From assembly GCA_018920185.1 (NCBI GenBank), contig JAHLMT010000001.1, forward strand, positions 9,875 to 73,874: DNA of 64,000 nt. Direction: 5' to 3'. The DNA is from Candidatus Aenigmatarchaeota archaeon. GTDB lineage: Archaea; Aenigmatarchaeota; Aenigmatarchaeia; CG10238-14; SCSR01. Positions 30,094 through 39,830 of the stretch are shown here, piece by piece. The notes beneath the pieces are model-generated. The model did not search any database. It had not been told where the DNA came from and saw nothing but the letters and a program-made list of their open reading frames with translations. Within the stretch, counting starts at the first letter, position 1. The number at the start of each line of letters is the position of its first letter. A program made the translations under genes and the position numbers.

Positions 30094-30271
30094 AAAAGAT
30101 TTTGAACTGATACAAATTTTTGGGAGAAGACTAATAGTCGGAGGTCTTGTGTTAATATTAGTTGGCATTCTGAGACTCTATAATGTGGAATGGCCCATAA
30201 TATTAATTGTAATAGGTGTAGTTCTTCTTGTAAAAGGACTTCTGATAAAGACGAAAAGAAAACTAATTTAA
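30083..30271 (+). CDS. Small two-TM membrane protein
   Basis: Hydrophobic hairpin. Confidence 0.65.
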   Translation: MANKKDFELIQIFGRRLIVGGLVLILVGILRLYNVEWPIILIVIGVVLLVKGLLIKTKRKLI

Positions 30272-30303
30272 ATTTAACTTTTCATAAAAGATAGTTGATT
30301 TTT

Positions 30304-30534
30304 ATGTCAGAGAACAAATCAAAGCTCGTGAAAAAATATGAAAAATTGCTCAAAAAATCAGATGTGAAGGAATCGGAATTCGAAGAAATTGAACACGAGT
30401 TAAGTGAAGATGTTCATGAAACCGAAGAAGGACTAGGCATTGAAGAAGAGGAAGAAATGGGAGAAGAAGCCTATCCAGAAATTGAAGAAGAGCTAGAACA
30501 CGAGGATAATCCAGAAGATGAAGAGGAAGAATAG
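30304..30534 (+). CDS. Small highly acidic protein
   Basis: Basic N-terminal helix followed by an E-rich tail. Confidence 0.6.
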   Translation: MSENKSKLVKKYEKLLKKSDVKESEFEEIEHELSEDVHETEEGLGIEEEEEMGEEAYPEIEEELEHEDNPEDEEEE

Positions 30535-30535
30535 A

Positions 30536-31462
30536 TTAACTTAGTAATTCCAAATTTTTCATTCCTTTGATAAACCATTCCTTCAACTGGTCTTCTGTAT
30601 ACAACTCATATTCTCGTGCTAGATATCTCGTATGTCCGGCTAATCTATCAACTATTGGACCGGGAACACCTGCAGAAATTAGTTGTGTTTTGAAGAATTT
30701 TCTTAAAGAATGTGCATGGAGTTTGTATCTTTTACCTTCTTTTTTACTTATCTTTTTGAAAATATTATTCAGGATGAATTGAAGATTTTGATAACTCATT
30801 TGATTTCCATCATGTGTAGCAAATAAAAATGACTCTTCTGTTAATTGATGCCCATTGTTTTTTCTATGTTCAAGATAAGATCTCAGAAATTGTTTTGCCT
30901 CATTTGAAAGGAAAGTTATTCTAGATTTTCTTTCTTTAGCTGTCAACCCCTTTACTTTAATTATACCAGGTTCTGAATTCAAATCAACATCGGACAATTT
31001 CAGATTCCGTAATTCACCAACTCTCAATCCAGAAGATGCAAGCAGAAGAATAATTGCTTTTGTTCTCAAACTACAACGAGATAAAATTTTTTTCAGATCT
31101 TCCTTTGACGGTAATGTGTCTTCGTGCACATTATAAATTTTTATTTGAGGAGTATTTTTTAGTTCAATCCCATTCGACAATAAAAACTTTCTTAGAGCTG
31201 CAGACCACGCACCTACTGTTTTTGGCGCGAGATTTTTATTTGCAAGACTAATAACAAAATTTTTGTAGATTTCATCTGGGTTCAATGTCTTAGTTTTTAT
31301 ATTTTCTATAAACTCGTCCAAATTATTAATGTTCATAGTTTTAACAAAATAACCCAAACCTTTCAGATAAGTTTTTTCCGTGTTTTCACTTCTTGTCAAA
31401 AGCTTTAATTCTCCCAACATTTTTTGAGCAGATTTAAATTGAGTTATATCTTTAAGTTGCAT
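30536..31462 (-). CDS. Tyrosine recombinase/integrase (MGE-like rather than canonical XerA)
   Basis: SGLRVGEL, K, HSLRKFF, LAGH, Y residues all present. Confidence 0.9.
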   Translation of the reverse strand: MQLKDITQFKSAQKMLGELKLLTRSENTEKTYLKGLGYFVKTMNINNLDEFIENIKTKTLNPDEIYKNFVISLANKNLAPKTVGAWSAALRKFLLSNGIELKNTPQIKIYNVHEDTLPSKEDLKKILSRCSLRTKAIILLLASSGLRVGELRNLKLSDVDLNSEPGIIKVKGLTAKERKSRITFLSNEAKQFLRSYLEHRKNNGHQLTEESFLFATHDGNQMSYQNLQFILNNIFKKISKKEGKRYKLHAHSLRKFFKTQLISAGVPGPIVDRLAGHTRYLAREYELYTEDQLKEWFIKGMKNLELLS

Positions 31463-31498
31463 GTTAATTATATAGTAGAAAAGATTTATCTTGATAAC

Positions 31499-32161
31499 TT
31501 ATTTCTCATTTCTGTCACATTTAGATCTGTATTCACACATGTTGCACATCCATATCGTATCTTTGGATTGTTTAAATTCATCTATAGGAAGTACATCATT
31601 CACAAGAAGCTTGTGCAATGTCTTGAATCTATTAAGAATATCTAAACTGTGTTCCTCGTCATAAGAAATTTCAAAAGCTTTTGTTTTCAAATTGGTTCTA
31701 TCAACATAAAGAATTACCCCGTCGTGGATTCCAGTAGCATGCATGTAAAGCTGCAATTGCATTATATGATTCTTATTTGGTTTAACAGCATTTCTGACAT
31801 CTTTGACGGTTTTTATTTCAATAATTATTTTTTTGTCGTTTTCTTTTGCTATAACAACATCGTCCAATCTCCCTGATATAACAAAATTCTCAAAATTCAT
31901 CTTGAATGGGATTTCAGTTTCTAAAAATTTTATCGTGTTAATATTCTTTTCACTCTTGAAGACTTCCATCATGAATTTGTGTAAAATGTCCCCGATTTCA
32001 AATACTTTTAATCTATTTGGGTCTATTTCCAGAGGATGTTTATAGGAATACCAAACCTTTCTGATACAATTACCTATTTCTGATGGATAGTATTTCCCAA
32101 TTTCTTTCTGTTTTCTCTCACGCTTAATATAAGTTTCTATTAATTTATCAAAGTCTATTAT
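31499..32161 (-). CDS. Standalone Cas4-like RecB nuclease with Fe-S cysteines, apparent ATA start
   Basis: Frame extends upstream to YPSEIGNCIRK; GRLD, IIEIKT, QLQLY, C-terminal CNMCEYRSKC. Confidence 0.88.
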   Translation of the reverse strand: MIDFDKLIETYIKRERKQKEIGKYYPSEIGNCIRKVWYSYKHPLEIDPNRLKVFEIGDILHKFMMEVFKSEKNINTIKFLETEIPFKMNFENFVISGRLDDVVIAKENDKKIIIEIKTVKDVRNAVKPNKNHIMQLQLYMHATGIHDGVILYVDRTNLKTKAFEISYDEEHSLDILNRFKTLHKLLVNDVLPIDEFKQSKDTIWMCNMCEYRSKCDRNEK

Positions 32162-32279
32162 AAAAATCGCCTACTATATTAGCGGGAACCTGATTAGATA
32201 AATTTAACTGGGGTAGATTTCATTCAAATATTTAATCAAAATTTAAATAAACTTTTCATTACATATAACCTCTAGCTCC

Positions 32280-32423
32280 ATACCAGATAGATATCTTTTC
32301 ACATCAGAATCAGTTGCTGAAGCATGTTATGGTCATCTCGGGAGGAATGATCCAGATTTCACACGGGAGATGACGGATAAAGTTGAAGAATTGAAACAAC
32401 ACGTTACAGCTCTTCTCGATTAA
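32280..32423 (+). pseudogene. metK: Internally deleted bacterial-type SAM synthetase remnant
   Basis: RYLFTSESVAE (MetK N-terminus) fused directly to ACYGHLGRNDPDFTREMTDKVEELK (MetK C-terminus). Confidence 0.8.
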
Positions 32424-32746
32424 CTGTACTCTCTCCATCGCCAGTTACATGTTTTGCATTCATAAAATCTGGTTGGCGGTTCGTCACCACCGCGAGTTTG
32501 TTGCATCGTCCAATAAGCTTCCCGTATTTCGTTGCACTTAGGGCACATTATTTTCGTTACAGGGAAAGGATTTTGTTCACCCTCATTTATAACAACTATT
32601 TCTTTATTTCTCACAAAATTTGATGTCTCTATTGTTATTTCTTCAGTTAATTTTGTTTTTGTATTACATACTCTACAGAAAAGAAATTGATTTTCATTTT
32701 CTTTCTGTACTCTGAGTAAGTTTTTACATGTTTTGCAAAATTCCAT
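32420..32746 (-). CDS. tfs: Transcription cleavage factor TFS
   Basis: Two zinc ribbons, QTRGGDEPPTRFY.C..C..RW. Confidence 0.93.
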   Translation of the reverse strand: MEFCKTCKNLLRVQKENENQFLFCRVCNTKTKLTEEITIETSNFVRNKEIVVINEGEQNPFPVTKIMCPKCNEIREAYWTMQQTRGGDEPPTRFYECKTCNWRWREYS

Positions 32747-32855
32747 AGTAGTAGTATATAAGTAGAATTTAAAAAGAAAAATACTCCCAATACTGTAGCC
32801 CGTCTCAGGTACTTAAGTACAAAAGTATTTAAGGTCCTGACACTATAGTTATTGT

Positions 32856-33188
32856 ATGGGTGTGCTGAAAGTCAATCTTCCAGACGACCTTGAAAGAAAG
32901 TTTAGAGAGTATGCCATGAAACTTTTTGGTTATTCTAGAGGGTCATTGAGTGCTGCAACCGAACAACTTGTTGCAGAGTTTGTTAAAAGAGAATCTACAA
33001 AAGAACAGATTAAAAAAATCGCAGAAAAGGAGATAAAAAATCCTGTAGAGGCGATAAAAGGATTACTTTCTCATGTAAAAGGTAAAACTTCTGTTGAATT
33101 ACAGCATGAAGCAAGAAGATATAGAACACGAATGGCGATGCAAAGTGTTAGTAGACGCAAACATATTTCTCGAAGTAGAATTAGGTAG
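32856..33188 (+). CDS. Putative ribbon-helix-helix antitoxin (VapB-like)
   Basis: LKVNLPDDLERKFR..A....G..RGSLS; TSVELQHE; upstream of a PIN gene. Confidence 0.7.
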   Translation: MGVLKVNLPDDLERKFREYAMKLFGYSRGSLSAATEQLVAEFVKRESTKEQIKKIAEKEIKNPVEAIKGLLSHVKGKTSVELQHEARRYRTRMAMQSVSRRKHISRSRIR

Positions 33189-33558
33189 ATCACGTAGTAA
33201 GGAATGTGAAGAATTTCTTACGAAAATTATGAGAGGTGAGATCAAAGCATTTACAACAGATGTTATTTTAGATAGTATAGCGTTTGTAATGGAAAGAGAA
33301 GGTGTAAAGCCAGCAAAGTTGAGAAAATTTCTAGAAAGTGTTCTGTTCTATGAAGGACTCACAATTTATTCACTTAACTTAATGGATAAGATAATAACAA
33401 CTGCGTTGATGGAAGATACAAAATTAGATTTTGATTACACCTCAACATATTTTACAATGAAGAGTCTTGGTATAAAAGAAATTGTCTCATTTGATAAAGA
33501 TTTCGATAAATTACCAGGAATAAAAAGAGTAGAACCAAAAGACGTGTTAAGAAAGTGA
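33145..33558 (+). CDS. vapC: PIN-domain VapC toxin
   Basis: VDANIF, LDFD, IVSFDKDFD; GTG start inferred. Confidence 0.88.
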   Translation: MLVDANIFLEVELGRSRSKECEEFLTKIMRGEIKAFTTDVILDSIAFVMEREGVKPAKLRKFLESVLFYEGLTIYSLNLMDKIITTALMEDTKLDFDYTSTYFTMKSLGIKEIVSFDKDFDKLPGIKRVEPKDVLRK

Positions 33559-33682
33559 GAGTTAGAGATTTTGGAGAAAAGAAGTATCTCAAGATTAAGA
33601 GTTTGGAAAATTAAAGACCAATCATTACCTTTAAGTAACAAAAATAGAAAGATTTAAATAGTTTATTCACAAATCTAAAGCC

Positions 33683-34330
33683 ATGTTAGAGAAGGAAAAA
33701 GAAATTTTAGAAATTCATAGAGAAATGTGTTATTTTTTAAAGAATTATGTAAATGAATTAAGAGAAGGGAAAATTAGTTCTAAAGATGTTTTAGAACGAG
33801 TTGAGAGAGATTTGAGACAGGTAGTGGACTTTACAGTCGATGATCAAATAAAAGGAGGCTTAAAAAGGACTATAGATATAGTTGATCACTTAAAAGAAAT
33901 TTCTTTAGAAGATTTACACCGTCATATTGCAGTTTATGAAACTTCTCTTAATCCAGAAGAAGTACAAGCATTAACACTTAGTGATTTACACAGAATACTA
34001 TTATCCATACAACTTAAAGAAAAACAAAAAATGGAGGACCCGGTGTATAAAGCTCTCGGAAGTTTAAGTCAACTTTTTGGTGGTTGTCACTCTGGAGATG
34101 GTATTTCAATGTTGTATGGTTTGTTCCGTCGAATAGGAAAACCTTGTCTAAGAGAAAGATACGAAGCTACATCAGATTCTGAAGAATTAAAATCACAAAT
34201 ACTTATGGGAAATGTTTCAGAAAAATTACGCCCAATTGCATCAGCAATTGACGCTTATCTAAGTCAGTGTGATGAATGCCCATATAAAGCATTTTTCGAC
34301 AAAGTGTATAAAGAAAAAACTAATAGATAA
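33683..34330 (+). CDS. Hypothetical protein
   Basis: 215-aa ORF about 30 nt after TTTAAATA; no recognised motif. Confidence 0.6.
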   Translation: MLEKEKEILEIHREMCYFLKNYVNELREGKISSKDVLERVERDLRQVVDFTVDDQIKGGLKRTIDIVDHLKEISLEDLHRHIAVYETSLNPEEVQALTLSDLHRILLSIQLKEKQKMEDPVYKALGSLSQLFGGCHSGDGISMLYGLFRRIGKPCLRERYEATSDSEELKSQILMGNVSEKLRPIASAIDAYLSQCDECPYKAFFDKVYKEKTNR

Positions 34331-34382
34331 TCACCATTATCACAAATGTTGTGCTGGAGAATATATGTCAGAGTGTATTATT

Positions 34383-34676
34383 TCATTCTGTTTTCCCGAA
34401 TAAACGTCCACCTATATAGGCGCCAATAGAAGCACCCGCTGCAAATAAAGCTGGAATGAGCAACATAGCAAGAGAATATTTGAGAGTTTCGCCTTCAAAT
34501 GTTGCAGGAATAAATAATAACTTTTCGAAACTTCTTCTTCCACCCATCTCATATACTTTTTCAATGATGCGTGAAGCTGTATAAACTCCTAAGACAGATC
34601 CACCGGTACCACCAATTATGCTGCCAAATATCGCTCCAGGTATAGAATATACAATTTGTTGAGGTCTCTCAGCCAT
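34383..34676 (-). CDS. Glycine-zipper membrane protein
   Basis: GAIFGSIIGGTGG and AAGASIGAYIGG. Confidence 0.6.
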   Translation of the reverse strand: MAERPQQIVYSIPGAIFGSIIGGTGGSVLGVYTASRIIEKVYEMGGRRSFEKLLFIPATFEGETLKYSLAMLLIPALFAAGASIGAYIGGRLFGKTE

Positions 34677-34942
34677 AATATTTTTATAAAATATTATTTT
34701 TTAAAAGATTTTATTTAAAAAGAAATGTATTCTATATAACATATATTAGAGTGTCTAAATATCTTAATTTTATAAAATGAAATTTCGGCCTAAAGTGGTT
34801 AAAAATATGTCTTATTTCACCTTCCTTATATAAAAATAAGATATGTGATATATCATATATTTGAGAGTGTATGAGTTAAGATAAAAGTGAGATGTCAATA
34901 TATACTATAAAATATAATTTGTGAAATAACCTTAAGAGTGAA

Positions 34943-34960
34943 TTGTTATACGTATAACAA
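34943..34960. promoter_or_regulatory. 18-bp perfect palindrome TTGTTATACGTATAACAA
   Basis: Self-complementary; lies within a 500-bp AT-rich intergenic region. Confidence 0.6.
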
Positions 34961-35229
34961 AACTGTAGAGTGAGAGTTCGGCCTATTTCCAATAAGATAG
35001 TAAATATAACCTATGAAATACAGATTCGAAAGAATGATAATTATTATATATAAAAGAAAATGTGTGATGTATACTACAACTACAATAACAATTAAGATTT
35101 TATCTCCAGTAATATAAAGTGAGAGTTAGATGCTGATTTCGAAAAAAATAAAATAGTGAGGTAAATAGATGTGAAACTACTGTGAGATCAAATCGAAAAG
35201 TTTATCTGTATAAAAAGCAATATATATTT

Positions 35230-35943
35230 ATGGTTTTCAACTGGTTTAGACGATTGATTAAAAAAGAATCAATCAATCAATCAATCACAAATCAATCAAT
35301 CAATCACAAATCAATCAATCAATCACAAATCAATCAATCAATCACAAGCCCAGAAAATATTCAGCTGCAAAAAGATGCCCTGGAACTTGGTCTTGCGGCT
35401 GGATACGCCAGCCATCTACTCAAATCTATTGAAAATTCAATCGAACGTCTAGAATCTATGGTACTCACCAGACAATGGGCTGAAACTTATCTCTTACCTT
35501 TACTTAAATCAATTGCTGATAACGAACAAAAACGCTTTGAAACACTGTTATCAGTTCTAAATCACCTACGAAACACGTCCTATAAGCTTCCGAAGGATGT
35601 CCAGACCTTACTCGAAAAACCAATTCTAGATATAGAGAAAGAGGTAACGAAATCTCCCAAGCTAACCCCACAGATGCAGAAATTGTTCTCTATACTAAAA
35701 GAAGTAGGAGAAATCAGTTATTCTGATCTATCTAAACGTATGGGTATGAAAAGCGAAGATGGCCTACGAGGATTTCTATCGATAGTTAACAAGAAATTCC
35801 CAGGTACAATCGATAGATTTGAAAAAGAAGGCAAAAGAAAATGGGTGAGACTCAAAAAAGCTCAAAATGAACTGATTTATAATCAATCACAAATCAATCA
35901 ATCAGATATGTTCAGCATGTTTAATGATCAAACACTGTCTTAA
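35230..35943 (+). CDS. Hypothetical protein with SINQ repeats and C-terminal wHTH
   Basis: ATG MVFNWF; LTPQMQKLF.IL...GEISYSDLSKRMG HTH. Confidence 0.7.
   Translation: MVFNWFRRLIKKESINQSITNQSINHKSINQSQINQSITSPENIQLQKDALELGLAAGYASHLLKSIENSIERLESMVLTRQWAETYLLPLLKSIADNEQKRFETLLSVLNHLRNTSYKLPKDVQTLLEKPILDIEKEVTKSPKLTPQMQKLFSILKEVGEISYSDLSKRMGMKSEDGLRGFLSIVNKKFPGTIDRFEKEGKRKWVRLKKAQNELIYNQSQINQSDMFSMFNDQTLS
35267..35346 (+). repeat. Compound microsatellite [(AATC)4-5 ACA]x4, with a shorter copy at 35881-35903
   Basis: Direct reading of the sequence. Confidence 0.95.
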
Positions 35944-36200
35944 CCCCAAGTAGAAAATGGGGGTGGGCTTAATTTCCCCATTTTGCTCTACAGTATGGAC
36001 ACGTTTCTAATTTCTCGAAAATACCCACTTTGACAAATTCATGACATTTTCTGCATGGGACGTTGACCTTACCGATGAACGGACTAAACTTAGACATGTC
36101 TCACCCCTTGGAGGAGATATAGATTAATTATGTAACACATATTATTAGTTTTCCGAGTATATAAAGTTACCGCTTTTCTTAGAGATAAAATTGCTATTAC

Positions 36201-36482
36201 CTATTTCGACATTCTAACAGATTCTATCTTCTCTTTCACTCTCAGATACCTGAGAATTCCTCCCAGATCCCTACCAGGTTTCAGTTTTACTAATTTCAAG
36301 TTAAATGGGGGTACCACATCTACGGTAACAAACTCCGATAAATGTTTCTCAATCAGTCTGCTAACAGTGGTACGATGCATATCAGTTTTTTTCCCTATAT
36401 CTGTCAACCAAGTACCGTCATTTCCAGCCTGTTCTATGACTTTTAAGACTTTAATTAGCTTTTTCAGCAACTTTTCTTTCAT
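36201..36482 (-). CDS. Small winged-helix protein
   Basis: GTWLTDIGKKTDMHRTTVSRLI HTH. Confidence 0.8.
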   Translation of the reverse strand: MKEKLLKKLIKVLKVIEQAGNDGTWLTDIGKKTDMHRTTVSRLIEKHLSEFVTVDVVPPFNLKLVKLKPGRDLGGILRYLRVKEKIESVRMSK

Positions 36483-37123
36483 GTCAAACCCTCACGCACT
36501 ACCCCGTGCAATTCTCACTAATATTTAGATTAACTTATAAGAACTTATCTTTTGTGGACCAACTTATATGTCCACGGTCGCCGCTGAATATTTGCAATCC
36601 ATTTGGCAGACATTAACAGACGATCACAAATTGTCTGAAATTGTCGGGTATAGGAATGAGCTTAGGACGCGTGCTGTGCGAGGGGTTTGTGCCCTCACAG
36701 TACTTGATGGTTACTAGTTGCCTGGAACTCGAACGGTGCTTCGAGGGATGCTAATGAAGAAATAATTTCCCTAAGGCATTAAAGTCAGCGCTGTCACAGC
36801 CACCGAAGTCAGAAAAGAGAGCTGCGACACTAAAGTTTATAGGATTCCAAGTATTGTAGAAACCGCCTGAGCCCTTGTCTCGGGTCGTAAGGATGCGAAA
36901 TGAAGTACAATGCCGTATCAAAGGGAGCATGTATTGATTCAGCCTCTCTCCACGGACGATAGAAGTGGAAGGGGGTATCTGACATACCTGAAAAGGATTT
37001 CCACGTGAAAACTCTGCCCAAGTCCAGGATAACCTCTCACAGGTGTTAAGACCCGAAACACATTTAAAGGTAGATGCTCATATACATTCACATATATAAA
37101 CGCTTCCAGCAGTCGGTCCAAGT

Positions 37124-37605
37124 ATGATCAAGATTTACCTAAACTCTACTCTAGCAGAAGAAATGCAGATGTTAATGATGAAATAGAGTCGCTCCTAACA
37201 GCGAGCGGATTTGAAGTCTTGCGACCAAGCAAATTGACTCCGCAGAATGCAGCTCCTGCACTGATCTTCAAGTCGAACATCGAACTCATACGACAGGCCG
37301 ATGTAATGGTGGCCGTCCTACGCGGATATGGAAAAGACACGGCAGCCGAAGTTGGCATTGCGTACGGAATGGGGATCCCCGTTGTCGGCGTTGATTTTGA
37401 TGCAGATCCTAAAGACGTGATGATATATAATGCCCTCACCGAAATCGTCAAGATTGAACAATTGCCGCATGTTCTTTCGAAAATCGTGGCGCACCTTCGT
37501 CAAGACCGAGATGGTACGAGGGATATCCCTAATATGCATGAACAATCTCCTGAAGGCACTTCTGGGATTCCTCGTCAGGATCCTCTCAAACCTTGTTCTA
37601 GCTGA
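37124..37605 (+). pseudogene. Nucleoside 2-deoxyribosyltransferase family gene, frameshifted near 37140
   Basis: MIKIYL is out of frame with ...GFEVLRP...IF..NIELIRQADVMVAVL..YGKDTAAEVGIAYGMGIPVV. Confidence 0.8.
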
Positions 37606-37663
37606 GCGACTCGGCTTCTAGTATGTTAAAGGTCCATAAAACGCCTCTACTCGTGAGGAAATC

Positions 37664-37870
37664 TTGGTTCGACACGTAGCTATTGCTATAGACGGACCAG
37701 CAGGATCCGGGAAGTCCACTGTTGGTAGACTTCTAGCAAGCAACCTCGGCTACGCTTTTTGGGATCCTGACCTGATGTACCGTGGTATAACTTGATGGGC
37801 TCTAAGGAGAAACGTGAATTTGACGGACTACAACACTTTAGCTAGCTTAGCTGTGCATTGCCCCAAGAGG
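37664..37870 (+). pseudogene. cmk: Bacterial-type cytidylate kinase N-terminal fragment
   Basis: [46 protein letters not shown]; TGA at 37793, then truncated. Confidence 0.8.
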
Positions 37871-38264
37871 TTGCAGTGTGGGAATTAGTTCCAACGTCCA
37901 GATACAAGGAATTTTTGCACATCACGGAGGCGCATGAATTGATGGGGGCGACAATATTCTCTTTTAGAGTCGCGCATCGTTGTCTCAGCCTCTTTATAAT
38001 CAGAGGTGTACCGGTGTGCCCACTTCCTATAAACTCTCTTTAACTAACTCCGCCAATATTTCATCTTCTTCCCAGGTTTGTCCTGGTCGTTGAAGCAGGA
38101 ATACCAGCTATTAAGATGAAAATATAGTTTTCTTATTTGATATTCGAACGCGAAAGTCCGTCGACAGTTCTGTTCTACTTATTAAAAATATTATTATCCT
38201 TCAACAACGAAGTTTTTAGGGTTTAGATATAAACAAAACAAAATTGATAGGTATTTCATTAAAT

Positions 38265-38891
38265 CTACTCGAATAATGAGATAGAACCCCGTTCCCAATC
38301 AGCATAGCCTGTAATGTGAACCTTTCTTGTTCTTTTCTTTGTTTCTCTGCTTCTCATATAAATACCGTATAAAACTCCTATTAATAATCCTCCTAGATGT
38401 GCACCCCGTGCTATACTGCTAGGTGTGAATAACCCCATGAATTCGGATATACCCCAAAAGAATATCGCAAATATCATTGGCATTGGTGCAAATCCACCAA
38501 CATATACTGTCAATCCAGGCATTAAAATGCCAAGTGTTCCCATTATCCCATAAATAGAACCGCTCATGCCAATAGCTGGAATTAAAGGATTTCTCGATGT
38601 CAACATATATCCTATATTACCAACTATTCCAGCAATGAAAAATATTATTAAATAATTTCTTGGACCTATTCTATTCTCTAGAGCAAGGCCAAACATCAAA
38701 AGTGCAAACATGTTAAAAATAAGATGAGCTAAGTCAGCGTGAAGGAATATCGATGTAACAAATGTCCATGGCATCTTTAATGCAAATTCAGGCGTAAATG
38801 CAAATAATCTCCAATCAAAAACGTCCGTTAATTGCAAAAAGAAAACTACTATTGCTATGATAAAAAATGTCAACGTCCAATTTAATTTCAT
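38265..38891 (-). CDS. Rhomboid intramembrane serine protease
   Basis: FLHA...HLIFNM, GMSG, AHLGG; start MKLNW. Confidence 0.92.
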   Translation of the reverse strand: MKLNWTLTFFIIAIVVFFLQLTDVFDWRLFAFTPEFALKMPWTFVTSIFLHADLAHLIFNMFALLMFGLALENRIGPRNYLIIFFIAGIVGNIGYMLTSRNPLIPAIGMSGSIYGIMGTLGILMPGLTVYVGGFAPMPMIFAIFFWGISEFMGLFTPSSIARGAHLGGLLIGVLYGIYMRSRETKKRTRKVHITGYADWERGSISLFE

Positions 38892-38920
38892 AAAAATATA
38901 ATTTAAACTTTGTTTTATAA

Positions 38921-39793
38921 ATGATAAAAATGGAAAAAGAAGAAATGCAAGCTTATGAAAAAGCATTTTTAATCGCTGAGGATACAGTTGGTTTAGCACA
39001 GAAATTAGTTAAAGAAAATCTTAGAGCTTTGGAATTGGCGGAAAAAGTAGAAAAAAGGATTTTAGAACTAGGCGGAAAACCTGCATGGCCTGTAAATATT
39101 TCTATAAACGAAATTGCTGCGCATTATACTCCTTCAATAGGTGATAATTTAGTTTTGAAAGAAGATGATTTTGTTAAAGTCGATATCGGTGTACAGGTTA
39201 ACGGGTATATCTGTGATAGAGCTTTTACTGTGAAGGTTGGCTCAAAATCTGATCCTATGATTAAAGCTTCGGAGAAAGCTTTAGACGAATGTCTAAAAAT
39301 AATTAAACCTGGGGTGAAAGTTTGTGAAATTTCTGAAGTATGCGAAAATACTGTGAATGAAATGGGATTTAATGTAATAAGAAATCTTTCTGGTCATAGG
39401 ATAGATAGATACAAACAACATGCAAACCCTTCGATACCAAATGGGAAAAATTCTATACAAGATGAAATACAAGCGGGTAATGTTTATGCGATGGAGGTAT
39501 TTGTTACTAACGGGAGTGGTTTTGTTATTGAATCATCACCCACAGAGATATTTCAATATAATCGCGATGCTGCTGTGAGATTATGGGAAGCGAGAAAAAT
39601 TCTTGAGTTAGCTAAAAATGAGTTTGATAGATTGCCCTTTGCGAAAAGATGGATTGCCGGAGTGTCTCCTTTAAAGATAGACATGGCATTAAAACAATTG
39701 CTTGAGGCAGAGGCGATAATAGAATTTCCTCCATTAAAAGAAGAAAGCAGTGGAATGGTTGCAGTAACAGAAAAAAGTGTGATCGTAAAATAA
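38921..39793 (+). CDS. map: Type II methionine aminopeptidase
   Basis: AAHYTP, KVDIGV, D.AFT, NLSGH, YAMEVF. Confidence 0.94.
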   Translation: MIKMEKEEMQAYEKAFLIAEDTVGLAQKLVKENLRALELAEKVEKRILELGGKPAWPVNISINEIAAHYTPSIGDNLVLKEDDFVKVDIGVQVNGYICDRAFTVKVGSKSDPMIKASEKALDECLKIIKPGVKVCEISEVCENTVNEMGFNVIRNLSGHRIDRYKQHANPSIPNGKNSIQDEIQAGNVYAMEVFVTNGSGFVIESSPTEIFQYNRDAAVRLWEARKILELAKNEFDRLPFAKRWIAGVSPLKIDMALKQLLEAEAIIEFPPLKEESSGMVAVTEKSVIVK

Positions 39794-39830
39794 TTTCATC
39801 TTTATATTCTTGAAATCAAAATTATAAATT

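Noticed and set aside
31499-35350. CRISPR-Cas locus near the Cas4-like gene
   Set aside because: No repeat-spacer array or other cas genes; the AATC tract is a tandem repeat without spacers.
36655-36700. Group II intron domain V
   Set aside because: Only a superficial GAGC...GAGGGG resemblance; no proper domain V hairpin and no RT gene.
38222-38250. dif-like site (TTTAGATATAA half-site)
   Set aside because: No matching inverted arm after a 6-bp spacer.
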